Below the pieces are notes generated by a model that was given only the letters and a program-made list of their open reading frames with translations, did not search any database and was not told where the DNA came from. Positions 1-13,188 of a stretch of 64,000 nucleotides of DNA are shown piece after piece (positions within the stretch are counted from its first letter, which is position 1; every line of letters begins with the position of its first letter). The stretch comes from Dictyostelium discoideum (lineage: Eukaryota). The stretch spans positions 5,472,001-5,536,000 of the forward strand of contig CM000152.2 in assembly GCA_000004695.1 (NCBI GenBank). Reading direction: 5' to 3'. The position numbers and the translations under genes were made by a program.

Positions 1-28
1 ATATTATATTATTTATATACTAATTTAA

Positions 29-593
29 TTTTATTTAAAATATCAAAAACAAAAAGATGTAATTGATATTTCAGATGAAGATGAGGATGATTACATTGAA
101 GAAACATTTGAAAAGTTTGATTTAAAGAAAAAGAGAAAACCCACATTACCAAATTTTCAATCATTAAAAAAATCAAAATCAGATACTAAAACATTCAATG
201 AAAAGTCTGATAGTGGTGCACCTTTAGATAGTAATGATAGTAATATAAATTCACAAACATCTTCATCATCAATTAATTTGGATGATGGTAATGATGATGA
301 TGATGAGGTTTCCTATATTTCAGAAAATAAAAATAAAAATAATAATAAAAATAATAATAATAGTAATACTAATAATACTAATAATAATAATAGTAATAGT
401 AGTAGTAGAAGTAGTGGAAGTAATGGGAGTAATTACCCAGTTTATTCAATTGATGACGATGATGAACTCCCTTTACCAATTTATACAAAAACACCAGTTT
501 CAAATTTTTTAAAAACAAGTCAAACTAATACGTCAAGTAATAGTAGTTTAAATAGTAATAATAATATAAATAATAATAGTAATAATAATAATA

Positions 594-638
<45 letters not shown>

Positions 639-1402
639 TTGATAATAATAATAATTTTTATAAAACACCATCAAAAAATAGTAATGATATGTATTATAGT
701 GGAAGCCCAATGGGTGGTGTAAATAGTTCATATACAGGATCACCAGTACAAACAGAGAAAAGGATTAATGATCCTGTACCAATTTTTATTAAATGCACAG
801 GTGAGGAAACTCAAAAGTTTATATTTTATTATGATACACCAATTCAAAAATTAGTAGATTTATATTGTTCACAAAAGAATTTGGATGTCAACACAGCACA
901 ATTTAAATTGTATGGTTTAATGTTAGATTCTTCAAAAACACCAAGAGAATTACAACTATTGGATGATGATACTCTGGAAGTTGGTATTAAAATCACTAAA
1001 CCTGTTAATTTACCTCCAGAATTAACTTCAACAACTACCACAACAACAACAACAACAACAACAGCTGCCCCAATTGATGATGGCACACCAAAAGTATTTT
1101 TACAAGTTCGTTATGAAAATAATGTTCATAAATTTAGAATTGGGATGGTATGTAAAAGGATATATATATTTTTTAAAAAAAAAATATATATATATTAAAT
1201 CATTTTTTCTAAAATATAAATATATATATAGGCGGATCCTTTCTCAAAATTAGTTACAGCACTCACAAAAAAGATTAATACACCAATTCCAGATGGAAAA
1301 AAAATTGTATTAAAATTTGATGGTGTAATTTTAAATCCAAATACAACCCCAGAGGATGAAGATATGGAAGATGAATTCCTCATTGATGCTTTTTTAAAAT
1401 AA
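29..1402 (+). CDS. Rad60/Esc2/NIP45-type protein with two SUMO-like ubiquitin-fold domains; 5' end runs off the window
   Basis: The frame is open from 29 with no in-frame ATG, so the start lies upstream. N/S-rich low complexity is followed by a beta-grasp domain (PIFIKCTGEETQKFIFYY...LEVGIKI). Exon 1 ends at 1147 before a GTATGT donor; an 84-nt AT-rich intron follows; acceptor AG is at 1230-1231. Exon 2 is 1232..1402, encoding a second SUMO-like domain (KIVLKFDGVILNPNTTPEDEDMEDEFLIDAFLK-stop) with no GG tail, as in SLD2 of Rad60/Esc2. Confidence 0.6.
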
Positions 1403-1811
1403 TAGAAATAAAAAAAAAAAAACAAAAAAAAAAAAAAAAAACAAAAAAAAAAACAAATTTTATACCACAATTTTATACTTTAATTTATTAACATTTTTTT
1501 TTTATTTTTTATTTTTTTTATTTTTTGTAGTTTGGTTTTGTGGTTGTTATCATTATTATATTTTTTTTTGTTTTTATTTTTAATTTTTTTTTTTTCCAAC
1601 ATACTAATAATTATTTTCAAATAGAATTAGGTTTTTATAAAATATGAAATGTAAAATAATAATAATTCTTTTGATTAAATATTAGTTGTAATACTAACAA
1701 TACTTTTATTTTTATTTTTTTTTTTATTAAAATTGTAGTTTTTTAGATAAAAATAAAAAATAAAAAAAAAAAATAAAAAAAAAAAAGAAATAAATTTTAA
1801 AAAAAAAAGAA

Positions 1812-2718
1812 ATGTCTTTTAAAACAGTGAAACAAACAGAAGTTAATGTTGGAACCATTAATGTAAATTTAATTGAATTAGGTATTGGAAAAGTGGTTAT
1901 TGATGGAATTGTAACCAATTTTTATAAATCAACAGAAAGATTTGATTTATCATTCTCTGGTATTCCAAAAGTTGTTGCATGTATTAGAAATATTGAACCA
2001 TTTAATCAATTAAATGGTGCTAATAAAATTTGTGGTATAAATAGTAGTAATAATAATAATAATAATAATAATTATCAAATTTCAATAAAATCTAATATTA
2101 GTAATATTACATGTGATGGATTTGATTATGAATGTGAAATTCAGGGAAATAGTACCCATTTTACAGTTGATTATACAGCGGTTTATCATGTAAATTCAAA
2201 TCCAATTTCAAAATATTATAATAGAAAGGTATGTATTAAATCAGTACCATATGGAACTTACTTATCAAATAATAATGGTGTGATTGAAATGAGTGAAAAG
2301 CTACGTAAATATGAGGAATGGTTCATTGAAAGAGCTGCAACTGGTCCAAATTCATTGGATACTGATATCTATATTTTCAGTAAAACATTCAACAAATATT
2401 TAACCTTTAATCCATCAACGAATCAATTATCTCATGGTTCAATTTGTGAAAATAGTATATGGCGTTTAGAAGGTAACACTCAATTAAATCATGAAAAATT
2501 CACTCTATTCTCTGATACTTTTAATCAATATAATTTAAGAGCATTTGCAAATGGTGATACTGAAAATGGACTTTTTTTTAATGGTAATTATTTAAAATTT
2601 TATTTTATTAATTTTAAAATTAATTGTATAAAAAATATAAAATCTAATCTAAATAAAAAAAAAAAAAAAACTAGGTGATCAAGAATCTTTATTTGAAGTT
2701 ATTTTATTGAAACAATAG
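1812..2718 (+). CDS. Secreted/cytosolic lectin-like protein: N-terminal H-type-lectin-like motif plus a beta-trefoil-like C-terminal part
   Basis: ATG at 1812. The motif FSGIPKVVACIRNIE resembles the FxxPxxPPVVxLSIxxLD core of H-type lectins (discoidin C-terminal / Helix agglutinin type). Proposed model is join(1812..2583, 2675..2718) with a GTAATT donor at 2584 and a 91-nt intron ending CTAG, giving the C-terminus ...GLFFNGGDQESLFEVILLKQ-stop. The unspliced reading ends in intron-like junk. Confidence 0.5.
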
Positions 2719-2813
2719 GATTTAGGTATTTTTTTTAAATAAAAAAAAAATAATAATAATAATAAAAGTTAAAGACTAGTTAGTTTTTAATATTTTGATA
2801 AGATTTGACCAAC

Positions 2814-2865
<52 letters not shown>

Positions 2866-2914
2866 CTTTATTTTTTTTTTTAACCTTTTTTTTTTTTTTT
2901 TTTTATTAATAGCA

Positions 2915-4996
<2,082 letters not shown>

Positions 4997-5141
4997 ATCT
5001 TTTTTTTTTTTATTTATTTTTATTTTTTTTTTTTTTTTTTTTGATTTTTTAACTGATCAAAAAATTTTTTGATTTCTTTTTTTTTTTTTTTTTTTGATTT
5101 TCTAAAAAAAAAAAAAACAAATAAAAAATAAATAAAAAAAA

Positions 5142-5912
5142 ATGGATATTTATATAGTAGATATTTTGTTTTTTAAAATTTGGAGAAATTTATATATTAG
5201 AAATCAAATAATAAATCATTTAGAAATTTTTAGAGAAAATAAAGAAGTTACAATTGATTCAAAAAATGATTTACTAACAAATAAATATAGAGATTATTTT
5301 TTAAAGATAATTTATCAAGGTTCAGAAATTTTATATGATAATGATTTACCAGAATGTGTTGAATTTTTAGAGATTGTAAATGATTTTGAAATTGATAATG
5401 AAAATAAGTTACCATTAATTTCATTAAAAAATCCACCAAGTTCATTGAAAACTCTTCAAATTACAAGTGGTTCAAGAATGAATATGAAATCATACCCACT
5501 GAATTTTTTCCCTGATTCAATTACAACTTTAAAATTTAGTGGAACTGATAATAGACAATTTCTACCACACACTTTTAAATCATCATCCAACATTACAAGT
5601 ATGTCATTTTCATTTTGGTATAATTTTCCATTTGAAATCAATAGTCTACCAAGTGGTATTAAAGAATTAAATTTTTTTAAATTTAGTAAATTCGATCAAG
5701 AATTCAAATTAAATCAAATACCAGAATCTTTAACAACTTTAAAATTACCAATATATTACTCTCATCCAATATCAAAAGAATTCATACAATCATTACCATT
5801 ATTAGAAACTTTGTTATTACCAGAATCATATGATTCTTTAGAATATGAATTTTTAAAATCAATAAAAAATATAAAATATTTTAAACCAATATATCATTTT
5901 ATAAATAAATAA
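5142..5912 (+). CDS. FNIP-repeat protein (Dictyostelium-specific FNIP repeat family)
   Basis: Single 256-aa ORF. It carries repeated LPxxLxxLxF..FNQ.I units, e.g. LPSGIKELNFFKFSKFDQEFKLNQIPESLTTLKL. Confidence 0.6.
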   Translation: MDIYIVDILFFKIWRNLYIRNQIINHLEIFRENKEVTIDSKNDLLTNKYRDYFLKIIYQGSEILYDNDLPECVEFLEIVNDFEIDNENKLPLISLKNPPSSLKTLQITSGSRMNMKSYPLNFFPDSITTLKFSGTDNRQFLPHTFKSSSNITSMSFSFWYNFPFEINSLPSGIKELNFFKFSKFDQEFKLNQIPESLTTLKLPIYYSHPISKEFIQSLPLLETLLLPESYDSLEYEFLKSIKNIKYFKPIYHFINK

Positions 5913-6047
5913 ATAAACAAATAAAAAAAAGTAAAAAAAAAAATAAAAAAAAAATTATATATTACATTTCTTGTATAGAAAATATTTTATTTAGTTAATT
6001 AATTAAAATTTATAAGTTTTTTTAAATATTTTATATTTTTTTTAAAT

Positions 6048-7370
6048 TTAAAATATTGAAATTAATAAAAGAGATAATAATAATAAATAATTTAAAATTA
6101 TTACAGTTGAATTTGAACTTTCATCTGGTGCACCATATGTTAAAGAGTATGCACTATTTTCAGTTGAAATTGAAAAAAGAGATGAATCAACTTGTTCATT
6201 TTTAATTTGAAATGAAAAACTTGAGAAATTACCAGTTAAACTTCCAATTGATTTAATTAATGTATATTTTTTATTATTTTTTGGTTGATAATCTAAACTT
6301 ACTGATAAACTTCCTTTTAATACAGTATTATGAGAAACAATTACTAAAGGAGATCCAACACCAACTGTTTTCATTGTTGTTTGTGGACCTAATAGTAAAG
6401 ACCCTTCGATATTGGTTTGAACATGATCTGATTGAACTAACAATGATGTTCCAGTAATATTTAAATCACCATTAATTGTATTTAATCCTGAAATTGTTAA
6501 TGAACCACCATTTCCATTTAAATTTGAATTAATTGTTGATGATGTTATTGAAAGTTGTGAAGTTGATCCAATTGATAAAGAATTAACACTATTTAATTTT
6601 GTTTTTAAAATTGAAATTTGATAATTTAAATTAATATTTTGGTCAATTGGTGATGTTGATGAGGATGAGGATGAGGATGAGGATGATGAATTTGATGGTT
6701 TTTTACCAAAATTTGAAACATCTAAACCATTTAATGTTAATTTACTTCCACTTTTAAAATTAATACCACTTTCAACTAGACGAATTGAACCAATTGTATT
6801 GTCACCTGAAAAAGTAACAGTTGGTTGATCGGCAAATTGTCCAGTTCCAATAATATTTGATTGAATTATTTGAGTAATTTTTGAATTTGAAACTTCGACA
6901 TTTATTAAACCACCAATAATATTTAAAGTTTTGAAAGTGGATGATGATATGGTTCCACTTGAAGGATTTGGATAACTTTGATATAAAAATGAAACTACTC
7001 CATTACCACTTACATTTGATAAACCAACATTTTGACTATTAATATTTAAATTACCATTAACAATTACATTTGAAATTGTTCCATTCAATAAATTTGAGTT
7101 GAGTACTTTTAGTGTTGAACCAAGTACTACTGAACCAAATGTACTATCCTTAATTACAACCAAATCCACTTCTACCACTGACCTTGATCCAATATTAATT
7201 ACTACATTATCACCAGATTGTGGTAATGCTCCACCAATCCAATTGGTAGCCTTACTCCATTGACATGGTGTTGTTATACAATCAATTTGATCATTGAATA
7301 AAACTTGAGAAGAATTTATTAATTTAAAAATAGAAATTATAATAAAAAGTAATAATAATTTAATATTCAT
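6048..7370 (-). CDS. Signal-peptide plus C-terminal hydrophobic tail (GPI-anchor-like) Ser/Asn-rich beta-helix-like surface protein
   Basis: Single 440-aa exon. The N-terminus MNIKLLLLFIIISIF is a signal peptide. The motif CITTPCQWSKATNWIGGALPQSGDNVVIN is followed by Gly/Asn/Ser-rich repeats, a poly-Ser tract, and a C-terminal GAPDESSNS + LLLLSLLLISIF tail typical of a GPI signal. Confidence 0.6.
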   Translation of the reverse strand: MNIKLLLLFIIISIFKLINSSQVLFNDQIDCITTPCQWSKATNWIGGALPQSGDNVVINIGSRSVVEVDLVVIKDSTFGSVVLGSTLKVLNSNLLNGTISNVIVNGNLNINSQNVGLSNVSGNGVVSFLYQSYPNPSSGTISSSTFKTLNIIGGLINVEVSNSKITQIIQSNIIGTGQFADQPTVTFSGDNTIGSIRLVESGINFKSGSKLTLNGLDVSNFGKKPSNSSSSSSSSSSSTSPIDQNINLNYQISILKTKLNSVNSLSIGSTSQLSITSSTINSNLNGNGGSLTISGLNTINGDLNITGTSLLVQSDHVQTNIEGSLLLGPQTTMKTVGVGSPLVIVSHNTVLKGSLSVSLDYQPKNNKKYTLIKSIGSLTGNFSSFSFQIKNEQVDSSLFSISTENSAYSLTYGAPDESSNSTVIILNYLLLLSLLLISIF

Positions 7371-7467
7371 TTTAATTTTATTTTATTATTTTAAAAAAAA
7401 AAAACTATAGATAAAAAAAAAAAAAAAAAAAAAAGAAGATGGGATAAAATAAAAATCTAAAAATATC

Positions 7468-7498
<31 letters not shown>

Positions 7499-7723
7499 AA
7501 AACATTTGGAATTATTTGAAATCAATCAAAAAACCTTGCACTAAAAATAAATTGGTTCAGTGAAAAAAAAAAAAATCAGTGTGGTTTTTTTTTTTTTTTT
7601 TTCTTGAAGTTTTAAAAAAAAAAAAAATAGTAAAATGTTTACTATTTTTATTTTTATTTTTATTTTTATTTTTATTTTTATTTTTATTTTTATTTTTATT
7701 TTTTTATATAAATGTTTATATAT

Positions 7724-8571
7724 TTAATAATTATAATGTAAATAGGGGAACCAATTAAGTGTCATATTTGAAATGATGAAAACAATGATAATATCTGCAC
7801 CACAATGAGCGAGAATAGAGGCTAATGGACCAACATACTTAGTTATATATACAAATAACCAACCACCAATAAATACTATTAATGTAGCCAAAGAACTAAT
7901 ATAAACATTATAAAATATTATTAATACCGCCTAAATTGTTTAAAAAAAAAAAAAAAAAAAAAATTGTCAATAATTTTTTAAAAAAAAATAAATAAATAAA
8001 TAAATAAATAAAAATAAAGTAAAGTATACATACAAAATGATAAAGTGCATAAAAAGTTGTTATAACAAGTCTATGTAATTTTGAAGAACCAAAAGTATTT
8101 GGCAAAAAACAACGCCACCACCATTCTTCAATGATTGGATTTACTAAGCTAAAATAAATATAAAAAATATATTCCATATTGAATGAATAATTTAATAACC
8201 CATATTGTGTTAATTTCGTAATTGTATTTGGTATAAACTATAATGATAATAATAATAATAAAAACTATTAGTTAAAATTATACCTTTTTTAAAGAGAAAA
8301 AAAAAAAAATACATACATCAGAAAATAAATAATAAAATAAACTTCCAAATGATAAACTAATTATTAGTATTATTAAACCAATAATGAATTGTGGTATTGA
8401 AAATAGAGATTTAAATATTTTAGTTGGTAATGACATTGGAGGTTCAAATTGTTGTTCTTTTGAATATATATCAATTAAATAATCTGTATCATTTATATCA
8501 TCAATGTCATTATAAATTGCTAAATTACTTTTATATTGTTTTCCACCAATTGATATATTATCATTCCTATA

Positions 8572-8610
<39 letters not shown>

Positions 8611-8623
8611 TTTTTTATTTTTC

Positions 8624-8660
<37 letters not shown>

Positions 8661-8992
8661 TATTTTTTGAAGAAGAAGAAGAAGAATTACTAATTAATGT
8701 TGTTTTGTTAAATTTATTAATTATTAAATCATAATTTTCATTCCTATAATTTTGATTATATCTACTATTGTCTAATGATGGATCAATAAATTTTGAATTT
8801 ATAAATAAGTATATTATTGGAACCAATATAATTGTAATATGAAAAGCAACGATTGCAATATAAATATCCTTCATAACATGAATAAATAATGCCATCTCTA
8901 TTGTGGGTAATATCATCATTACCAATAAAAACCAAAATCTTTTATCCTTTGTTGTTAATGGGTGATTAACTAAATTCCATTTCTATTAATGT

Positions 8993-9028
<36 letters not shown>

Positions 9029-9160
9029 TAGCAATAATAATAACCCAAAAACTTAAAATTAATAGTTGACCACCCATTAAAAAAAAAAAAAACTTACCAT
9101 ATATCTTTTATTATAATTTAATTTTGAAGAACAATAATCTATAATATTATCAATAAACAT
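7724..9160 (-). CDS. CPBP-family intramembrane metalloprotease, type II CAAX prenyl protease (Rce1)-like
   Basis: Four-exon model join(9160..9098, 8982..8317, 8237..8034, 7930..7724). Donors are GTAAGT, GTATGT, GTATGT and acceptors ..aatag, ..ttatag, ..tttag, all phase 0. The protein has an EExxxR motif (IIEEWWWRCFLP), an FxxxH motif (FYALYHF) and a third His motif (LAHCGAD) in predicted TM helices. A long N/K/S-rich insertion sits in exon 2. Confidence 0.55.
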
Positions 9161-9578
9161 TTTTTTTTTTTTCTCTTTTATTTAAACATACTTTTGAATG
9201 ATGGGACTACTTTTTTTTTTAAAAAAAAATCAAAAAAAAAAATTTTATTTTTTGTTTTTTAAAAAAAAAAAAAAAAATCTTAAACCTAAAAAAAAATAAA
9301 TTAAAAAAAAAAAATCAATTAAATAATAAAAATAATCATATTAAAATATATAAAAAAAATTTAATTATGACAAATAATAATAATAAAAAAATACATTAAA
9401 AAAAATTTAATTATAACATATGATAAAAATAATTATAATAAAAAAAAATAAAAAAAAAAGAAAAAAAAAAAAACTTATTTTGGTTATAAAACTTATTTTT
9501 AAAACAAAGATGATAGATGGTTATTTAAAAGGTGAATAATATCTAGAACTACTTAAATATTTATTTTTATTTTAAAAA

Positions 9579-9627
<49 letters not shown>

Positions 9628-9730
9628 CTTCTCTAAAAATTAAATTAATATCTTCATAACACCACTATAGTGACACAAAACCTCGCACAACCTATACCCG
9701 ATAATTTTTTATTTTTTTTAATTTTTTTTT

Positions 9731-9763
<33 letters not shown>

Positions 9764-9849
9764 TATTTTCAAATTTTCCCCTATTTAAAACCCAAATTAA
9801 ATTTCAACTCTCAAATTAATAATCAAATTGAATTAATAATATAAATACA

Positions 9850-10307
9850 ATGGGTAACAGGTAATTATTTATTTGATTTGATTTGATTTTATTTTAATAA
9901 TGTATTAACATTATTTATTATTTAAAAAATTAAAATTACTTTTTAATTATTTATTATGTAGAGCATTCAAATCACATCACGGTCACTTTTTAAGCGCTGA
10001 AGGCGAAGCTGTAAAGACTCACCACGGTCATCATGATCATCACACCCATTTCCACGTTGAAAACCATGGTGGTAAAGTTGCATTAAAGACCCATTGCGGT
10101 AAATACCTTTCAATTGGTGATCATAAACAAGTTTACCTCTCACACCACTTACACGGTGACCACTCACTCTTCCACTTAGAACATCATGGCGGTAAAGTCT
10201 CAATCAAAGGTCATCACCACCACTACATTTCCGCTGATCATCATGGTCATGTTTCAACCAAAGAACACCACGATCACGACACCACCTTTGAAGAAATTAT
10301 TATTTAA
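9850..10307 (+). CDS. hatA: Hisactophilin I (His-rich, N-myristoylated actin-binding beta-trefoil protein)
   Basis: Model is join(9850..9860, 9962..10307). Exon 1 is ATGGGTAACAG, followed by a GTAATT donor and a 101-nt intron ending ...tgtag. The 118-aa product is MGNRAFKSHHGHFLSAEGEAVKTHHGHHDHH...TTFEEIII, matching the hisactophilin I sequence as I recall it. Confidence 0.9.
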
Positions 10308-10369
10308 ACTAATTTTTTAATACCAATAAATTTAAAATGATGTTGTAAATAATATAATTATTTTTTTTA

Positions 10370-10480
10370 TTTATTTATTCATTATTCATTTATTTATTTA
10401 TCATTATTCATTCATCCATTCAGTCATTCATTCATTCATTCATTCATTTGTTCATTTATTCATTTATTCGTTTATTCATT
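10370..10480. repeat. (TTCA/TTTA)n simple repeat downstream of hatA
   Basis: cattcattcattcattcatt... interleaved with ttattta units. Confidence 0.7.
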
Positions 10481-10924
10481 TTTTATCAATTTGTTTTTTT
10501 TTTTTTTTTGGTCAATAAAACAAAATTAAACACCCAATCTTTTAGTTGTTTTATTATTATTTTTTTTTTTTTTTTAGAAGGTTCTGACTTTTCAAATTGA
10601 TTATTTTTTTTAATATTTCCCACCCTATAATATAATTTTGGATAACACTTGAGAAATAAAGATGTGTTTTTAGAATTTTGTGCCATTTTTTCAAGTAAAA
10701 TGATGACGTGCGTTTCAGTTGATATTTTTGAATAATAAAATGAAATTTTCAGACAATTTTTATTTTTTTTTTATTTTTATTTTTTTTTTTATTATTTTTC
10801 AGAAACAGTTGGAAAACTGGTCAAGATTTTTTTTTTTTTCAGGCCAAAAAAAAAAACAATAAATTGAAAATTTTTTTTTAATCATTCAATATAAAAAACT
10901 TTTTATAAATAATATATACATACA

Positions 10925-11386
10925 ATGGGTAACAGGTAAATTATTAATTATAACTTTTAAATTATTATTTAATAATAATGTAATTTAAAATTCAAAATTT
11001 TAATTAATTAATTTTAAATTTATTTATAATAATATTATAGAGCATTCAAAGCACACAACGGTCACTACTTAAGCGCTGAACACGATCACGTCAAGACCCA
11101 CCACGGTCATCACGATCATCACACTCACTTCCATATCGAAAACCACGGAAGCAAAGTTGCCTTAAGAACCCATTGCGGTAAATACGTTTCAATTGGTGAC
11201 CATAAACAAGTTTACCTCTCACACCACTTACACGGTGACCACTCACTCTTCCACTTAGAACACCACCACGGTAAAGTCTCAATCAAAGGTCATCACCACC
11301 ACTACATCTCTGTTGACGGTCACGGTCATGTCTCTACCTCCCATCACCACGATCATCATGCTACTTTCGAAGAACACATCTTATAA
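10925..11386 (+). CDS. hatB: Hisactophilin II (tandem paralog)
   Basis: Model is join(10925..10935, 11041..11386). Exon 1 is the same 11-nt ATGGGTAACAG, with the intron at the identical position. The 118-aa product is MGNRAFKAHNGHYLSAEHDHVKTHHGHHDHHTHFHIENHGSKVALRTHCGKYVSIGDHKQVYLSHH...ATFEEHIL. Confidence 0.9.
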
Positions 11387-12823
11387 ACAAATAAATAAAA
11401 CAATAAAAATGTTGTAAAATATTAAAAAATAAAAAAAAAAAAAAAAAAAAAAAATTCATTGTATTTTCATTTGATTCTTAAGATATTTTTTTAAAAAAAT
11501 ATCTAAAAATAAACAAAAATAAAAAGTTTTTTTTTATCTTAATAATATATTAATATTTAATAATAAAGATGTTTTATATAAATGATAATAAGTATTTAAA
11601 AGATAATATGATTTTGTGAGAAGATTTTTTATTTTTTTTTTTCCCTTTAACTTCATAAAAAATATATATATTGAAATATGTTTGAGAAATAAAACTACAA
11701 ACGAAATTCAAAAAATAAGATTTTATAATCTTTTTTTTTAAAAAAAAAAAATAAAAAAAAAAAAAAAAAAAAGATTATTATATAATCATCGTGTCAACTC
11801 TATTTAATGGTAAAACTTAAATAGAATTGGGAATTCATCAAATCATTCATTTTTAAAAATTATCGTACGCTGAACCTCAACCCAAAGAAATGTATATTCA
11901 CTTTTAAAGGTATTATATCAATGAAATAATACATAGAATTTTGTTATTAGGGTAGGTAATATGAAAATTTAGCCAAATTATGAAAGAAAAAATAATTATA
12001 AACCTTGCCAACCTGGTTTTATCTGTGCTGTGGCGATTGAATTCCAAAGTGGTTTTACTAATAATCCAAAAGGTCAATTTGAATTCCGTACAGGCTCAAC
12101 TCAATGGTCTAAACAAAAAGTCGATTAATTAACAAAGAAAAAAAAAAAAAAAAAAAAAAAAATTACGATTTGAATATTATTATGTGTTTTGATTTTTGAT
12201 AACTTATTTAAATTTGGATTTGTCAACTATTCATTTTAATTGCTTGGATTGATTCATTAAATTTCGTTTCATTTCTCCAATACTCTAAACTCGGTGATGA
12301 ATCCTTTTTAATAATATTTTTAGGTTTCCTTTTTTTTCATTTGAATCTAATTTTTTGATTTGTTCTATAATAATTTGAATATTTAATCCAATTGTATTAT
12401 TATGTAATTGTTGAAATATAATTGCATTTGATTTAATATTTTTATCTATATTCTTTAATTTTTAATTGAACTCAAGTTAATTAATCTGCTCAATAATCAC
12501 TATTATTATTACTATTATTATTACTATTATTATTATTATTATTTTTATCAGTACCACCACAATAACTTTATTATTTTTATCACCACTACCCTACTTTCAT
12601 TCAATTGAATGTGAAATTGTTGTAATAGTTTTTTAAACGAAATACTTAATAGATACAAATTGTATTGAATTGAATTATTAATTTCATTTTTACATAGTTG
12701 ATACAATTGCATCTAAAAGCTATTCAATCCAAATAAATTCAATGAGTAATAAATTTTAAAAATATTCCCTCCATCTATTTAAAATATTATAATTTAATTT
12801 TATATGTTATTACAATTATTTTG

Positions 12824-12865
<42 letters not shown>

Positions 12866-13015
12866 TGACTTTAATTTTTTTTTTTATTTTTTTTTTCCTA
12901 AAAAGGTTTTCCTCAGAAAGAATTAATTTTTAAATGAATCAGAAAAGGATGTAAAAAGGAATTATAGAAATTTATTCAATAATATTTTGTTAAAAAAAGG
13001 GAAAAGATAAAAATT

Positions 13016-13054
<39 letters not shown>

Positions 13055-13188
13055 AAAAAAAATATATATATATATATATATTAACTTAATTTTAATATTA
13101 ATTAAATATTTATTTTTTTTAAATAATAAATTATTTAATTATAGATTTATTGGAAATGATCTTCTTGTGTAATTTGGAGTGAAATCAT

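Noticed and set aside
282-743. Overlapping poly-Met/poly-Ile and poly-Tyr ORFs (282..512 +, 525..743 -)
   Set aside because: They are alternative-frame and antisense readings of the (AAT)n/(GAT)n low-complexity coding region of the SLD gene.
2795-2914. Poly-Phe N-terminal extension of the 733-aa ORF
   Set aside because: It is translation of a promoter poly(T) tract. The first ORF-track codon is probably a non-ATG start, and the real ATG is at 2915.
9967-10203. 78-aa minus-strand ORF (and the similar 11091..11282) overlapping hisactophilin exons
   Set aside because: It is antisense to the His-rich hatA/hatB coding sequence (CAC/CAT/GGT codons read backwards). There is no start context, and the plus-strand gene fully explains the region.
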